DNA of 63,809 nt, the filler included, from Choristocarpus tenellus KU-1152 (taxonomy: Eukaryota; Protista; Phaeophyceae): assembly GCA_964200185.2 (NCBI GenBank). It is 12 parts of 12 records of this genome, joined end to end, with 100 filler letters (N's around TTAATTAATTAA, not from the genome) between each part and the next. Parts side by side here need not be neighbours in the genome. Positions count along the whole stretch, not along the records: positions 45,504 to 51,780 come from CAXNAD020008501.1; positions 51,881 to 57,793 come from CAXNAD020009434.1; positions 57,894 to 63,809 come from CAXNAD020009424.1; 9 more parts are not named here. One strand, given 5' to 3'. The position numbers and the translations under genes were made by a program. The notes below the pieces were generated by a model. That model ran no database searches. It worked only from the letters and a program-made list of their open reading frames with translations, and was not told the DNA's origin. Positions 51,201 to 62,595 of this stretch are shown here, piece after piece (positions within the stretch are counted from its first letter, which is position 1; the number at the start of each line of letters is the position of its first letter).

Positions 51201-51707
51201 TACTAACCAACAGGAGTGGTATGAGTACGTAGGTAACGGCGCAACAAGTTTCATTACCGAATGACATTCCTAGCAAGCTAATGTACGTCACACCGAAGCA
51301 GCAGGTAAGGTTCGTCCAAGTCATGAGCACCATCACCATTGCCATGTGCTGAATGCTGTTTTCTCTTTGTTCCGATATCTCTTGTTTTCATCTTTTATTC
51401 ATTTTGTTCGTTTCTTTCTGCTCTTTTCTTTCCTCCATATTATATATGTTTTCTCCCATACGTTCTACTCTTTCTGTCCTTTTTTGTCGTCTCATTTTCT
51501 TTTTTATTTGTTCTCGCACTGCTTTGTTCTTCTTTTTTGGTCCTTGTTGCCTTTTCACAAGCGATGCGTATTGCCTTCTTTAGACTACCTTTTCAATGGG
51601 CATGGGATCCCTTACACTAATGCAATACATGATAATCATACTATCAAGTCATGGTACTACAGTCTCAATACTTCTCTGTTATATCCTATGCTGTATCACA
51701 CAAGTAT

Positions 51708-51780
51708 GGGCCAAAGTATCTTAGAGGGTAGGGCCGCGTCCATTTGGTGGCCAGAATCCAATGTCGGGATTTTGATGTAA
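51708..51780 (+). mobile_element. MITE family A left end at contig end
   Basis: GGGCCAAAGTATCTTAGAGGGTAGGGCCGCGTCCATTTGG... Confidence 0.85.
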
Positions 51781-52174
51781 NNNNNNNNNNNNNNNNNNNN
51801 NNNNNNNNNNNNNNNNNNNNNNNNTTAATTAATTAANNNNNNNNNNNNNNNNNNNNNNNNNNNNNNNNNNNNNNNNNNNNCCGGAAGCTAGCAGTTGAAT
51901 TACATGGTAAAGCACACACTGAATTATTAATTGCATGTCAACCATCCATCATCACTGACGTGTGGATTAATGTTGATTTATTATATTTTATCTACGTACG
52001 TATTCTGTATCATACCTAACCAAATATAAACGTATAACCTATGTTGTATACTTGTGTCAGCACAAACAACGTAAGGATAACACTAGGTTATTCGACATCC
52101 TGCACCCAACCACTGGGCACCTGTTAGATAGGGCCTCTCTCCCTAGGGATCTGTTGGTAGTGAGTATAAACTCT

Positions 52175-52436
52175 GAGTCAAAGCATCTTAGAGGATAGAG
52201 CCGCGTCCATTTGGGGGCCAAAATCCAATGTTGCGATTTTGATGTAATTTTGGCTATCGTGTTTGCTGGGAAATCTCAATATCCTTGTTTCGGACATGTA
52301 CATGATACCTACTCCAAAACATACAAGGTTTACCTACTCTGAAACGAATAGGAAAAATTCATAAGAAAAACGGGAGAACCAAAGCCCCAAACGAACAAAC
52401 AAGGTAAAACTCGTACCCTCTAAGATACTTTCACTC
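52175..52436 (+). mobile_element. MITE family A, 3-bp TSD TCT
   Basis: GAGTCAAAGCATCTTAGAGG...CCCTCTAAGATACTTTCACTC. TCT at 52172-52174 and 52437-52439. Confidence 0.85.
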
Positions 52437-52439
52437 TCT

Positions 52440-54115
52440 ATGGAAGGGATCTGGCATGCTGGTTCCGGGGGTTGTGTGGAGGCCCATGAATTTGCTCCCT
52501 GTATACACTGGGGCCAGGGCTAGCAAGGAACTTTCCTTGCCTTGTTCTGCTTCGTCAGGTGGGTCGGCCAATTGCATCCAGAAAGAGTCGATGTGGATCC
52601 TGTTTTGGAGGAGGGTGATCTTGTGCTATGCCCTCCTTGTGATCCTGGCATTATTGTCTGCGAGAGTGTGTACCTCTGGGGGAGGTGTAGGAATTGTTGT
52701 TCCTTCCAGGCTATCCAGCCTTGGCCAATAATTTCCGCCAAGTCTTCTGAAGGGACTCCTGTCAAAAGGAGGATGTGGATAGATGATCCCAGGGTCCTCA
52801 CTGTGGGGCTCGTACGGATGGTTTGGGAGAAAGACTCTCCAAGAGGCCCTTGTTGCCTAGCTGAAAGGGTGGAGAGAGTAGCCAGCAGTGATCCTACGAA
52901 GGCTGCATGCTGGCGATGCTTCATAGAGGATAGCCCTAACCACCCTGAACTTGTTGGGCATCTGTGCAGGTACTTGTTGGTGTGTCTCCAGGCGGAGAGA
53001 CCCACTATTATGCACCCCTTCAAAGAAGTTGGTGGCTCCCGAACAGTCTTCTACCTCCATTCTCTTCTCTAGCACCAACAGTGAGGTGTTTCTGATTACT
53101 CCATGTTGGAGCGTCCAGGTAGGGGGGAGTGACTCTTACCAATAGCCTAAGCTGAAAGAAAGAGACCAGGAGTTGAGGAGTCAGGTAACTTGTTTGTCCT
53201 CCATCTCACTGAGGTGAGTGGCCAGCGTTTGTGACCCAGTAGTCTCGATCACCTCAGCCATGTGGGCTTGGATGAATCCATCTATTCCCAATGGAGCCCT
53301 CAATGTAACAAACTATTTGGGTCGGGGGCCAGGTTGATTCAACCTGTAGCCAGATGATCCAGTTCTGAAGGTGTGGGTTGGTGGCCCTGGGGAAGTACAG
53401 CAATGTTCATGTTGAGGGCAGTGCCTACCTTGTGTAGATTAGTTTTCAGCTACTCTGGTACAATTGATCTTCCTTCCAGAATGGATATGTCATCCAGATA
53501 ACTTAGGGAGGAGACTCCCTCAGGTCTTAAGGTAGACTGGACCTGCTGTAGGACTTTGGAGATTGCCATGCAGTATAGGAGGGATCCAAGGGGGTCCCCT
53601 TGTTGTTTCCCTGACCTCAATGGTATTATATTTATCCCTCCCTCGTACAGGGAGAAAATAAATTACGGGTGTCCCCATACACCTTGGCCACGTAGGGTAT
53701 TCAGTTCCTTCAATGCTAGTAAAAATGTTTATAGGAGTCCTGGTAGATTCCCAGGGAGAGCCTCGATGAGGGCCAAGTGGCGAATGCTGTTGAAGGCGTT
53801 TCTTTCGTCTAGACTAATGACCCATTCGCCACACTCATTCCTTAGGCGAATGCCCTGTAGGGCAACTCCACCCCGTTTGGGACCCCCATGCCAAATTGTC
53901 CCATTCCGCCGAAATATTCCTCCAAGTAGGAGCGCCAGTCTGCACAAAAGGCTGAATCACATGCCCTTCTGAAGAAAGAGCCACAGGCAACCCGGCGGCA
54001 CTTCTCCCCAATTGCGAACGGTCTGGAGGTTGTGTGGATTCTCCAAAACTCCGGAGGTAAAGAGTCCAGGGAGGTGTAGACTAGGTCCCAAAGCTTTGAA
54101 AAAGCCTCCGCCACA
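52440..54115 (-). mobile_element. CRE-clade non-LTR retrotransposon reverse transcriptase (frameshifted)
   Basis: Ordered RT motifs RPFAIGEKCRR, QFGMGVPNG, LDERNAFNSIR, GKQQGDPLGSLL and SYLDDISI, then P...GWLGL...AAFVGS. Confidence 0.85.
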
Positions 54116-54119
54116 GTAT

Positions 54120-54650
54120 CATGACCCCAACCCCTTCTCAGTCAAAAGTTTTGGGCACCTCGGTAAGCAAGCAGAAAGGTTTCTGGATGAGTTGGTTACA
54201 TAGGCAGTAGGGGGAGAGGGGCGGGGGAGGTTATAGGAGGAAAGGGGCTGTCAAATCCCGGTTATAACAGATAGGGTCTGCTACTATACAAGTGGCTCTC
54301 TTAATACGTGTCAAGCGTTTTGAGCAGTAGACACCGGAGAGATGGGCAAGGAGAGGCGGGGGGCTGTTAAATTCTTGGGATGCTTCCCTAGCTTCTAGCC
54401 CAGTTGTGTAGGGCTAAGCTAGGATTGGAGACATAGCAGCAGTGTACACATATCACTGTAATTATGAGCCTTCAAGGGACTTTTGTAGTATAGCTGATAC
54501 TCAAATACGCGCGAGAAGTAAATTGTTTTTGGAGAGATATCTTTCACATTTACGGCCACTGTTACTTTTACAGGGGTCCTTGTGATGTTGGTTTGGTTCT
54601 TTTCCTGACACTTACGTAAAATGTCACAGCGCATAATAATATATATTCCA
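54120..54650 (+). mobile_element. 3' end of the same CRE-like family, opposite strand to its RT
   Basis: PFSVKSFGHLGKQAERFLDEL followed by a 3' UTR homologous to 39345..40860, ending GCATAATAATATATA. Confidence 0.8.
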
Positions 54651-56474
54651 AAGTACTCTATATGTTGATACAAATAGTACTATGAACGCTGGAATTGAAA
54701 TTACAGAAAAGGTGTACCCTCACTCCTCCTCAAGAAGCCATCTGCATGGTTGAAGGTTCCATGTAAAATTTGGAAAGAGGGATTTTTTTAGTGAATAACA
54801 AGAACATACCTCGTTTCTTACTTTGAAGGGGCTCCTTGTGATACTGCTTTGGCTTTTCCCACCACACATGTGCAAAATGTCAGAGGGCATAATAATATAA
54901 ATTTATTGCTTTTATCCCCTATCACCTATACTACATGTATGTGGAACCCATATTTAAAAAAGGAAGGGTGAACATATCATACTATTATAATTGTAGTACT
55001 ATTTATATGTGGAAGTGTCAAAGGTGCCAAGTTCTCTGCTCAAGGGGGCAATCACAATCACCGGACTGAAACTCCTTCACCTCAGAGGGTGAGACCGAGT
55101 TTCAAAGGTCTTGGCTCAACATCTCAGAACAGATGAGGAAATCCAGCACAGACCAAAAACCTTAAAACACAACAGGTGTTCCCGAATGACTGAGCAACGT
55201 CACAGCAAAGAAACGGATCGGNNNNNNNNNTATGGGTGTGGTTGGTTTATTGGACTGGTAGGTATGGATGAGCTCAAATGACGTGGTTAGCGCGCGCAAT
55301 TGTATATGACCGCGCGTCTTATGCATATGTATGTGTGTCAAAAAAGGAACATGTCCCTGACATATACATTGTTATAAATAATGTAATTGTTTTTTCTGAA
55401 GTACCTACCACTACGGAGGACAGGACTTGATTCCCTGCCGTGGTGCCATACTGTTGTCCTACACGAGGACGTTTGAGGTGACTTACTTAATCTACTGTAC
55501 ACAATACTAGTTGCATCTATATAATTGCTAGAGCACTATAGCAGAACTGACTGTGTCACCCACAATCCCCATCCTATTTGCAGCGATTTCTCTACCTAAC
55601 ACACCTCATAGCAAGAATTGTTGAAGGACAGGTGACTTCTACCCTCAGCACTTCTGGACTCATGAACCATCCTCATATATAGCTATGCACGAGGTATTTC
55701 CAAATGAAAACTAACTGCCCACAAGTGAGGCAAATAGATGCAGGGTGATGAAATCGTTAACTACCTCACCCTCTTAACTCCGATATCAACCCCATTACTG
55801 TTGATGTCCTTCCTGGGAGCATACGTACAGGAGAGCACTACCTTTTCCACAGACTTCTTCCCACCTCATTTCCACACTACTCTGACAGAAATCCACAACG
55901 AATACCACAGATTCCACAGCAGTTAGGCTGCTTGATGCCCCCATCAGCCTCCAGTAGTAAGGACAGATAGATTCTGCTATTGTATAGATTTGGGAGTGCA
56001 ACATGATTTTATTGCACCATTGTAAAGACAAGACAGGAGAAATAAATTGATACCATCCTTGTGTAAATAATGAAAATATATGAACAGATTTTTCCTGTTT
56101 GTGCTTGGTATGTGGTCCAATAGGCAGTCAAAATCAAACCATGAAGGAAAACCTCCGCACCACCTAATGCGAATTCTAACTGAACCACAGATCCTTTCTA
56201 ATGCCTATATGTTACTTCTCACCGTTTGGTTCACTTGATAACACTATGGTACACTATGTATGTACTCTGCCTACCATAGGCAAGCCATTTCCTTTCCTTG
56301 TCATGCACCTGAATTGATATTTTCCAGCTGTTCACAACCCATTGATCGTTCATTTTACTCTCTACTTCAAGACAAGTACCTCAAAATCTACGAAATCACA
56401 GGAACTACAAAACCTTTGAGCTGGAGCTTCCCCTGGATGGAGCACCTGTTCCACCGTGGAAGTCTTGGCTTTCA

Positions 56475-57598
56475 GTGGTACCTGCACTGACTCCTGGATA
56501 CCTCGACTTGGGGACTGATATCTCCGTAGCTCTGTCATACCTTAGGGATGATCACTACGGGTGGTCTTGGATGGTCTTGGTGTCCGTGCTGGGCCCTGCT
56601 CTTGTTGCTAGTCTCTTCTTCCCCTGTGGTGAAGACTGGTTAAGGTTTCTGCTTATGGTGCTGCACCTGGGCTTGGCTGTGGAAGCCTTAATCCCATTTG
56701 GAGATGAAAAATATTCCCATGTCCTTGTAACACTTCGAGTGGTGGAACCTCTGAACGAGCCAGTGCCCCAGCTCATGTTGCAGTTATATACATTGCTACT
56801 GATCTGGGATAATACCTCATCAGGTATTTCCTTTCGTCTGTTTGGGTCCATTGCAGCGTCTGCTCTATCACTGACCAATACCACTACAGGACTTGTAGCT
56901 GATCAACCTCTGTATGTTCTGCGGGATATGCTCCAGAGTGGAGATGAAGGTGGTGAAGGAGGTGGAGGTTCGCTTACTGGACTGTTGTTTGGAACTGTTC
57001 CAGCCTTGGGCAGAGTGAGCCTTGGTGCTATTGATATGCACTCCCAGCATGTTGTGTGGTTGTACTTGTTGTATGAGACGTTGGAGGTTGGGAGTCGATT
57101 CTTTCCACTTGCTCTCCTTACATTGGTGCTACGGGAATGGTTCTTTGTTGTTTTGTTGTATCTTTGGCTCTGTCGTATGCTTATTTTGAAAGTATAAGGG
57201 GAACGCTATTTGCGAACCCAGCTGAGGCTGTGGGGATATCATTCGCGGACTCTGCGTTGGACAGCTCTGGTGCATTAAAATTTGCCCTGTTAAACACCTG
57301 GTAGAGTTTATAGCCTACCTCTTGATATTTGTGGTTGTACTTGAATGAGAAGTTGGAGATTGTGAGTCGATTCTTTCCACTTGCTCTCCTTACATTGGTG
57401 CTGCGGGAATGGTTCTTTGTTGTTTTGTTGTATATTTGGCTCAGTCGTATGTTTATTTTGAAAGTATCAGGGGAACGCCATTTGCGAACCCAGTTGAGGC
57501 TGGTGGGGACGCCATTCACGGACTCTGTGTTGGATAACTCTGGTACATTCAAATTTGCCCTGTTAAACACCTGGTAGAGTTTGTAGCCTACCTCTTGA
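56475..57598 (+). pseudogene. XK-related (Xkr scramblase family) membrane protein, disrupted, with 275-bp internal tandem duplication
   Basis: DLGTDISVALSYL...W, LRVVEPLNEPVPQLMLQLY (E..ES.PQL.LQ.Y motif), SIAASALSL and LEVGSRFFPLAL. In-frame stops are present. Duplicated units are 57055..57325 and 57330..57598. Confidence 0.75.
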
Positions 57599-57720
57599 CT
57601 AGCAATCTTGTATCCGATCGTGAGGATGTTAATCTTCTGATCAATCACGTAAATTATCAGCGTTATAGCTATAGTCTGCATGATTGGTAAGCTTGTATTG
57701 GCTTTCTTATTTGTAGTACC

Positions 57721-57793
57721 GGGTCAAAGTATCTGGGAGGGGGTGGCGGCTGTCCATTTGGGATCAATCTTTTCATGTCTCGATTTTTGGGTG
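57721..57793 (-). mobile_element. MITE family B end at contig end
   Basis: GGGTCAAAGTATCTGGGAGGGG... Confidence 0.8.
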
Positions 57794-57893
57794 NNNNNNN
57801 NNNNNNNNNNNNNNNNNNNNNNNNNNNNNNNNNNNNNTTAATTAATTAANNNNNNNNNNNNNNNNNNNNNNNNNNNNNNNNNNNNNNNNNNNN

Positions 57894-58468
57894 ATTTGGG
57901 AGATAGTTTAACTGCATGTGCTGTACGCACTGCCTCTCCCGAGATGGTGGTGGGTGTTTCGGGAATCTTGTAGTCCCTTGTCATTATTTCGTACAAACCC
58001 TTTCCACCAGCATAGGCGATCAGTGACAGTCTCCAAGTTGACCAGGTCTCCAATGACCTTCCTGTTGCTCCCGTCCAGACAGCAAGTTTCTTCAGGTCAG
58101 TCTCCATACTACCTAGGCTCATAACATGGCAAATTTTACCTCTGGAGGTAATGCTATATATTAATAGTGAAAGACAAGAAGGTGTGAAGCCTCACACGAC
58201 CCCCTTTGCTGAACGTGAACAGAATGGTTGAAATTAGAAGAGTGACCTTTGTGGGGTGTCTTCTCATTGCTTGTTTATTATTATTTGTGCTTTCTACCTA
58301 AGTCAACGGTTATGTCAAAGTAGATGAATGCGGAATAAACACCCATACATAATCCCATACATTATCCAGATGTACTATCTCATTGGTTACATCACATGGA
58401 CTCAATTCAACACAATAATCTCATATACACTAAATGAGGTACACCTCACCATTGTCCTATTTGGCACA
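57894..58468 (-). mobile_element. Copia element 5' end: LTR 58468-58127, PBS, gag start (ATG 58107)
   Basis: TGTGCCAAA...TTTGCCA LTR and GTTATGAGCC PBS. METDLKKLAVWTG... is near-identical to the gag at 62957. Confidence 0.88.
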
Positions 58469-58829
58469 GTAGAATTGTAACTCGTTTTGAACCTTTTCGT
58501 TGAAATGTGGGTGAAATTTCGGTAAAGAACGAAAGGCTCAGGTGTACGATATCCATAATTATTTCGAATTTTGGGGGCGATGTTGATGGCTTACATTTTG
58601 CAAGAGCTGTCATTCCCAACCTATGGTGGGATAATTATCAGGTGAGCGTATGGAAAGGGGTGGTAAAGATGATCAAGAGAGAAATAACTGTTACGATGTT
58701 ACTCTTGGTTTTTGCTGTTTATTCTTCGTTTTGTGTTTTAGTCCTACCTTCATGTCATTAGTCTGTGTCACGAAACATTCAGGCTTGTCGAGCGTGGACG
58801 GCGCCGAACAAGGTAGTCACCCCAAAGAA

Positions 58830-59930
58830 TGAAGTTGGGATGACATTGTCGGCTTTCTGAAAAGGTGGTGATCGAGGATTATAAGGTACTGTTGAAGTAT
58901 TCCCTGGCTCATGTGTGGACACAAGCGGAAAATATAGGAGTTCTACCAAATATTGTAGAATTGTTACTATTACCGAGCAAAGGGGGCGACCATACAACCC
59001 CAAAACACCATGCTTAAGGGAACTAATTCCTATCTATCCCTTCGTTTACAAGAACATGTATGGATTAACCAACTAAAAATCTTTAATACTGACTCTGCAT
59101 GTATACTACTAGTAATACCCGTTACAGTTGAAGGAGTTTATAAGAACACCCTCCCGATCTACAAACAACCTTGAGCGGTCATTAGACGTAACTAGGTACT
59201 GAACTCACTAAAGAAGAAAAAACGCACGAACACAAAGAATTCAGAACCTATCGAAACACAAACCACTAAACATAGTCAAAATTAAGCAAAATTCCTGTCT
59301 GCCTCCAAAAAGATTCCTCTCCTAGAGGCTTGGTCAGCACATCTGCATGCTGCTCATCTGAGCTAACATGAATGATCTTCATTTGGTCATATGCTACCAA
59401 GTCCCTCAGGAAATGGTGTTGCACGTCTATGTCCTTGGTCCTGCAAGAACTAAAAGGGTTATTTTCCAAATGGATGGCCCCTGTGTTATCCTCATAAACT
59501 ACATAACAAGATCCAGACACGCCAGGTTGAACAAATTCCAACACACCTCTCAAAAACTACTCCTTCACACCATCCCGCATGGCTCTATGTACTAGTCTGC
59601 ATCAATATAGGCCACTAGTTTCAGTCCTGCTCCTTTCTCGTAGGCTAAGCCCAACTCCTGCCTTCCTTTGAGGTACTTTGAGGATCTGTGTCACATCTCT
59701 CCAGTGGAAACGACTTGGAGCATGTGAGTGATGGGCTACAGGTCTTACTGCATTAGTCACATCTGGCCTGGTCATAGTACTGACCCACATCAACCCCCCA
59801 ACTGCCTCACGAAAAGGGAAATCTTCTGACAGGATATCTCCCTCCCTAATTCCCAGCTTTCTGGAAGGGGCAGCAGGGACGGGACTTGTTGATTGGGTGG
59901 AAAACAGTCGATGGCATTTTAATTCCGCAA
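58830..59930 (-). mobile_element. Copia 3' end: RT C-terminus/RNase H, PPT (59155-59149) and start of 3' LTR (59148)
   Basis: PFREAVGGLMWVSTMTRPDV and YEDNTGAI...RTKDIDVQHHFLRD...QHADVLTKPL. GGGAGGG is followed by TGTT. The far end of the LTR is approximate. Confidence 0.88.
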
Positions 59931-60520
59931 GGAAATTCGGAGTCAAATTCGCCCACTGGCAATTAATCAGAATAATCCTTTGGGATATGAAATGGTACCG
60001 CGGGGAATTGAAGGAGAACGGATATTTGACTATCTAATCGAACAATTGTCCAATCGTAGCGACCAGTACGCATTTGTCCCAAATAATCAAAATGCTGGAA
60101 AATCTGCATCGTACAAGGAAAAGACCCCTACTGCTTTTTAGGTAGCATGGCTGGTGCTGGTGCTATGTTTCCAAGCATGTCAGACCCCTTGTCTGGCCCA
60201 GTTGAAACTCCGACCAGCAGATAGGAACTAGGACTGCCCCACCATAGTAGGACATCCTTGCCACGAGAGGTGCCAAGCCAGAACCCACCGCCACAACAAG
60301 AGGTGGTCAACAGTGTGCTGGCGGCCCTCGCGCCAATGCTCCAGACTGTTTTTTCCCAAACCTCCCTGCCCACTGTTTGTACTGCCTTGACAAACCAACT
60401 TGCTTCTATTCCTGGGAAACATGGGACCTTGTTCATTCCTAAAAGCATTGCATCCGCACCCGTTCGACCAGTAACTCCCGCCACCCAGTCTCTGCCCCGA
60501 TCCACGTCTTCTTTAGCGAG

Positions 60521-60586
60521 AGACAGAGACAGAGCGAGCAAGACAGAGACAGAGCGAGCAAGACAGAGACAGAGCGAGCAAGACAG
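60521..60586 (+). repeat. 20-bp perfect tandem repeat x3.3 (AGACAGAGACAGAGCGAGCA)
   Basis: Seen directly. Confidence 0.95.
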
Positions 60587-61029
60587 GTCGACACCATTCG
60601 GGTAAGGATTTCACCATCTGCTTCCCAAGATGAGGTTGTTGCATGGCTAAAGACATATCGAGTTTGCTTCCATCACCCTTTCGGTCACGACTGCTTCAAG
60701 TCTATCAGCCGCAGATGCAGGTATACCCACAACGACTCCATAGTACGTCGTTGAAACCTGAATCGAATGCATCGTGCATGTAAGCAAAATGCGTAGACTA
60801 CTAGCGATGAGGAATCATCGTTTTGCAAGCACCGATGAGTGATGTGCATAATCTATGTTATGGATAGGTGTGATTGTGCTGTAAAGCACCGATGTATTTA
60901 TTCTGTTGTAACTGATGTCATTGATCTCTCAGTCAAGAATGATGCCATGTTAATTCAGTATTCTTGGTTGCTCAATCCAGAATGATGTGGTGTAAATTCA
61001 GTGTTCTTCCATGTGATTCTCAACGAAAG

Positions 61030-61495
61030 AGAAGTCCATGCTCTGTGGAGAGGCCTGTTACCTTGGCTGGCAAGGGTTTCTGCGGATAGTTTTAACTCTG
61101 ATTATATTACATCCGTGTGTGTGTTTGGTAGACAGTTTGCAGCGTAAGTGGTGTTGATACAATTTGAGGGATCAATGGTAGTCACGAAAGAAATAATAAT
61201 CAACCATCAATGTGCAACTGTCATCTTCTGATGATAAGAAGAAAGAGTTAAAGAAAAAACAAACAAGAGAACAACAGAACAAAATTGAACCGATATGTGA
61301 TGGAACTCACGTGACGTACACTATACTATAATATTTGCACTAAGGTGTTCTGGTTGTAGTTGATGTAGTGATGACGAACTATTGAAAATATCTTCCAGAA
61401 GGTAACAGACCAACCACCAGTCAGTGTTGACTGGTGGAACCGTATCGTATCAAGGAACAAACAGATGAGTAGCCTATGTTTTAACACCCTCCCCC
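61030..61495 (-). repeat. PPT plus 3' LTR of the third LTR family
   Basis: GGGGGAGGG is immediately followed by TGTTAAAACATAGG at 61486. Homologous to 50108..50840. Confidence 0.7.
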
Positions 61496-61849
61496 AACTG
61501 AAATAAGTGGAACACTGTTGAAGGAGTGTGACGTACGGCTGCGAGAAGGAAAAAAAAATGTTGAAGAAAAGAGCAGTTCAAAATAGGGGGAACAACTGAA
61601 TAAATACTAAGAGAATTGGGAAGTTGAATTTAGATTAAATCCAATACTTCTAGAGAAGAGAAAATATCATAATACATATCCAGAAGTGTCTAGTGAAGAC
61701 ATCATAAAACGATTCGAAAAGACTACATATGTAACACCGTGCTAAGAGTCGAATTCCCACATTGGGGGAATAATTTGAAATCGAAGATCTTGGAAATGTT
61801 GGTGATGGTCTTGTAATCGTCAGCTAGTTGTTGTGGGTGAAGGTTATTG

Positions 61850-62460
61850 CCAGCGATGTCCATTCTATCTGTGTACAGGAACGAAGTAAGCGCCGAAGGT
61901 GTTGTGAGTGGTGTCCATGACGTACTGCATACATGAACGATGTGAAGTTCTGGGTTGGAGTCAAGGTGTGGTCTACAATGTCCATGTCATCTTGGAAAAC
62001 GAACGGAACAGGCGGTGAGGTTGTAGATCGCGGTGTCTATGTCGTCTGTATACACGAACGAAGTAGTGTTGGGGTTGTTTTGAGTGATGCCCATGACGTC
62101 CTGCATACATGAACGATGTGCTGCTCTGTGATTGTCAGTAGCGCTGTCCATGGCGTCAGCCAACACGAACTAAGTAAGTACTGCTCTGCGATTTTAAGTA
62201 GTGATGTCTGTGGTGTCTTGGCCTACGTACGAAGTAGTGTTGGTGTTGTTATGAGTGATGCCCATGACATTCTTCATACATGAACAATGTGCTTCTCTGT
62301 GGTTGTAAGCAGTGCTGTCCATGACGTCAGCCGACACAAACTAAGTAAGTAGTGCTCTGCGATTTTATGTAGTGATGTCCATGGTGTCTTGGCCTACGAA
62401 GTGCTGCTCTGCGGTTGCAAGTGGTAATGTCCATGACGTCTTCGTACACGTACGGACTGG
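61850..62460. repeat. Degenerate higher-order tandem array (GATGTCCATGACGTC / ACGAAGTAGTG / CATACATGAACGATGTG modules)
   Basis: Subunits of about 50-60 bp recur in a higher-order period of about 175 bp (CATACATGAAC near 61928, 62104 and 62275). Confidence 0.75.
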
Positions 62461-62595
62461 ACATTGATGTTGTAAGTAGCTATGTCCCTCACGGTGTGAG
62501 TACTCGAAAAAATTAAACACAGCTTCCCTGATGGTGTGTTCGTACAAATTAGCAACGCTGCTGTGTGGCAAGAGTGGGAGGTAGGGTGATGGATG

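Noticed and set aside
51339-51780. Hydrophobic 'membrane protein' ORFs
   Set aside because: They come from T-rich low-complexity sequence that gives Phe/Leu-rich translations in all three frames.
7416-57893. Eleven identical TTAATTAATTAA palindromes at intervals
   Set aside because: Each is centred in a fixed N-run. It is an artificial all-frame-stop linker, and ORFs that run into it (…XXXLIN) are artefacts.
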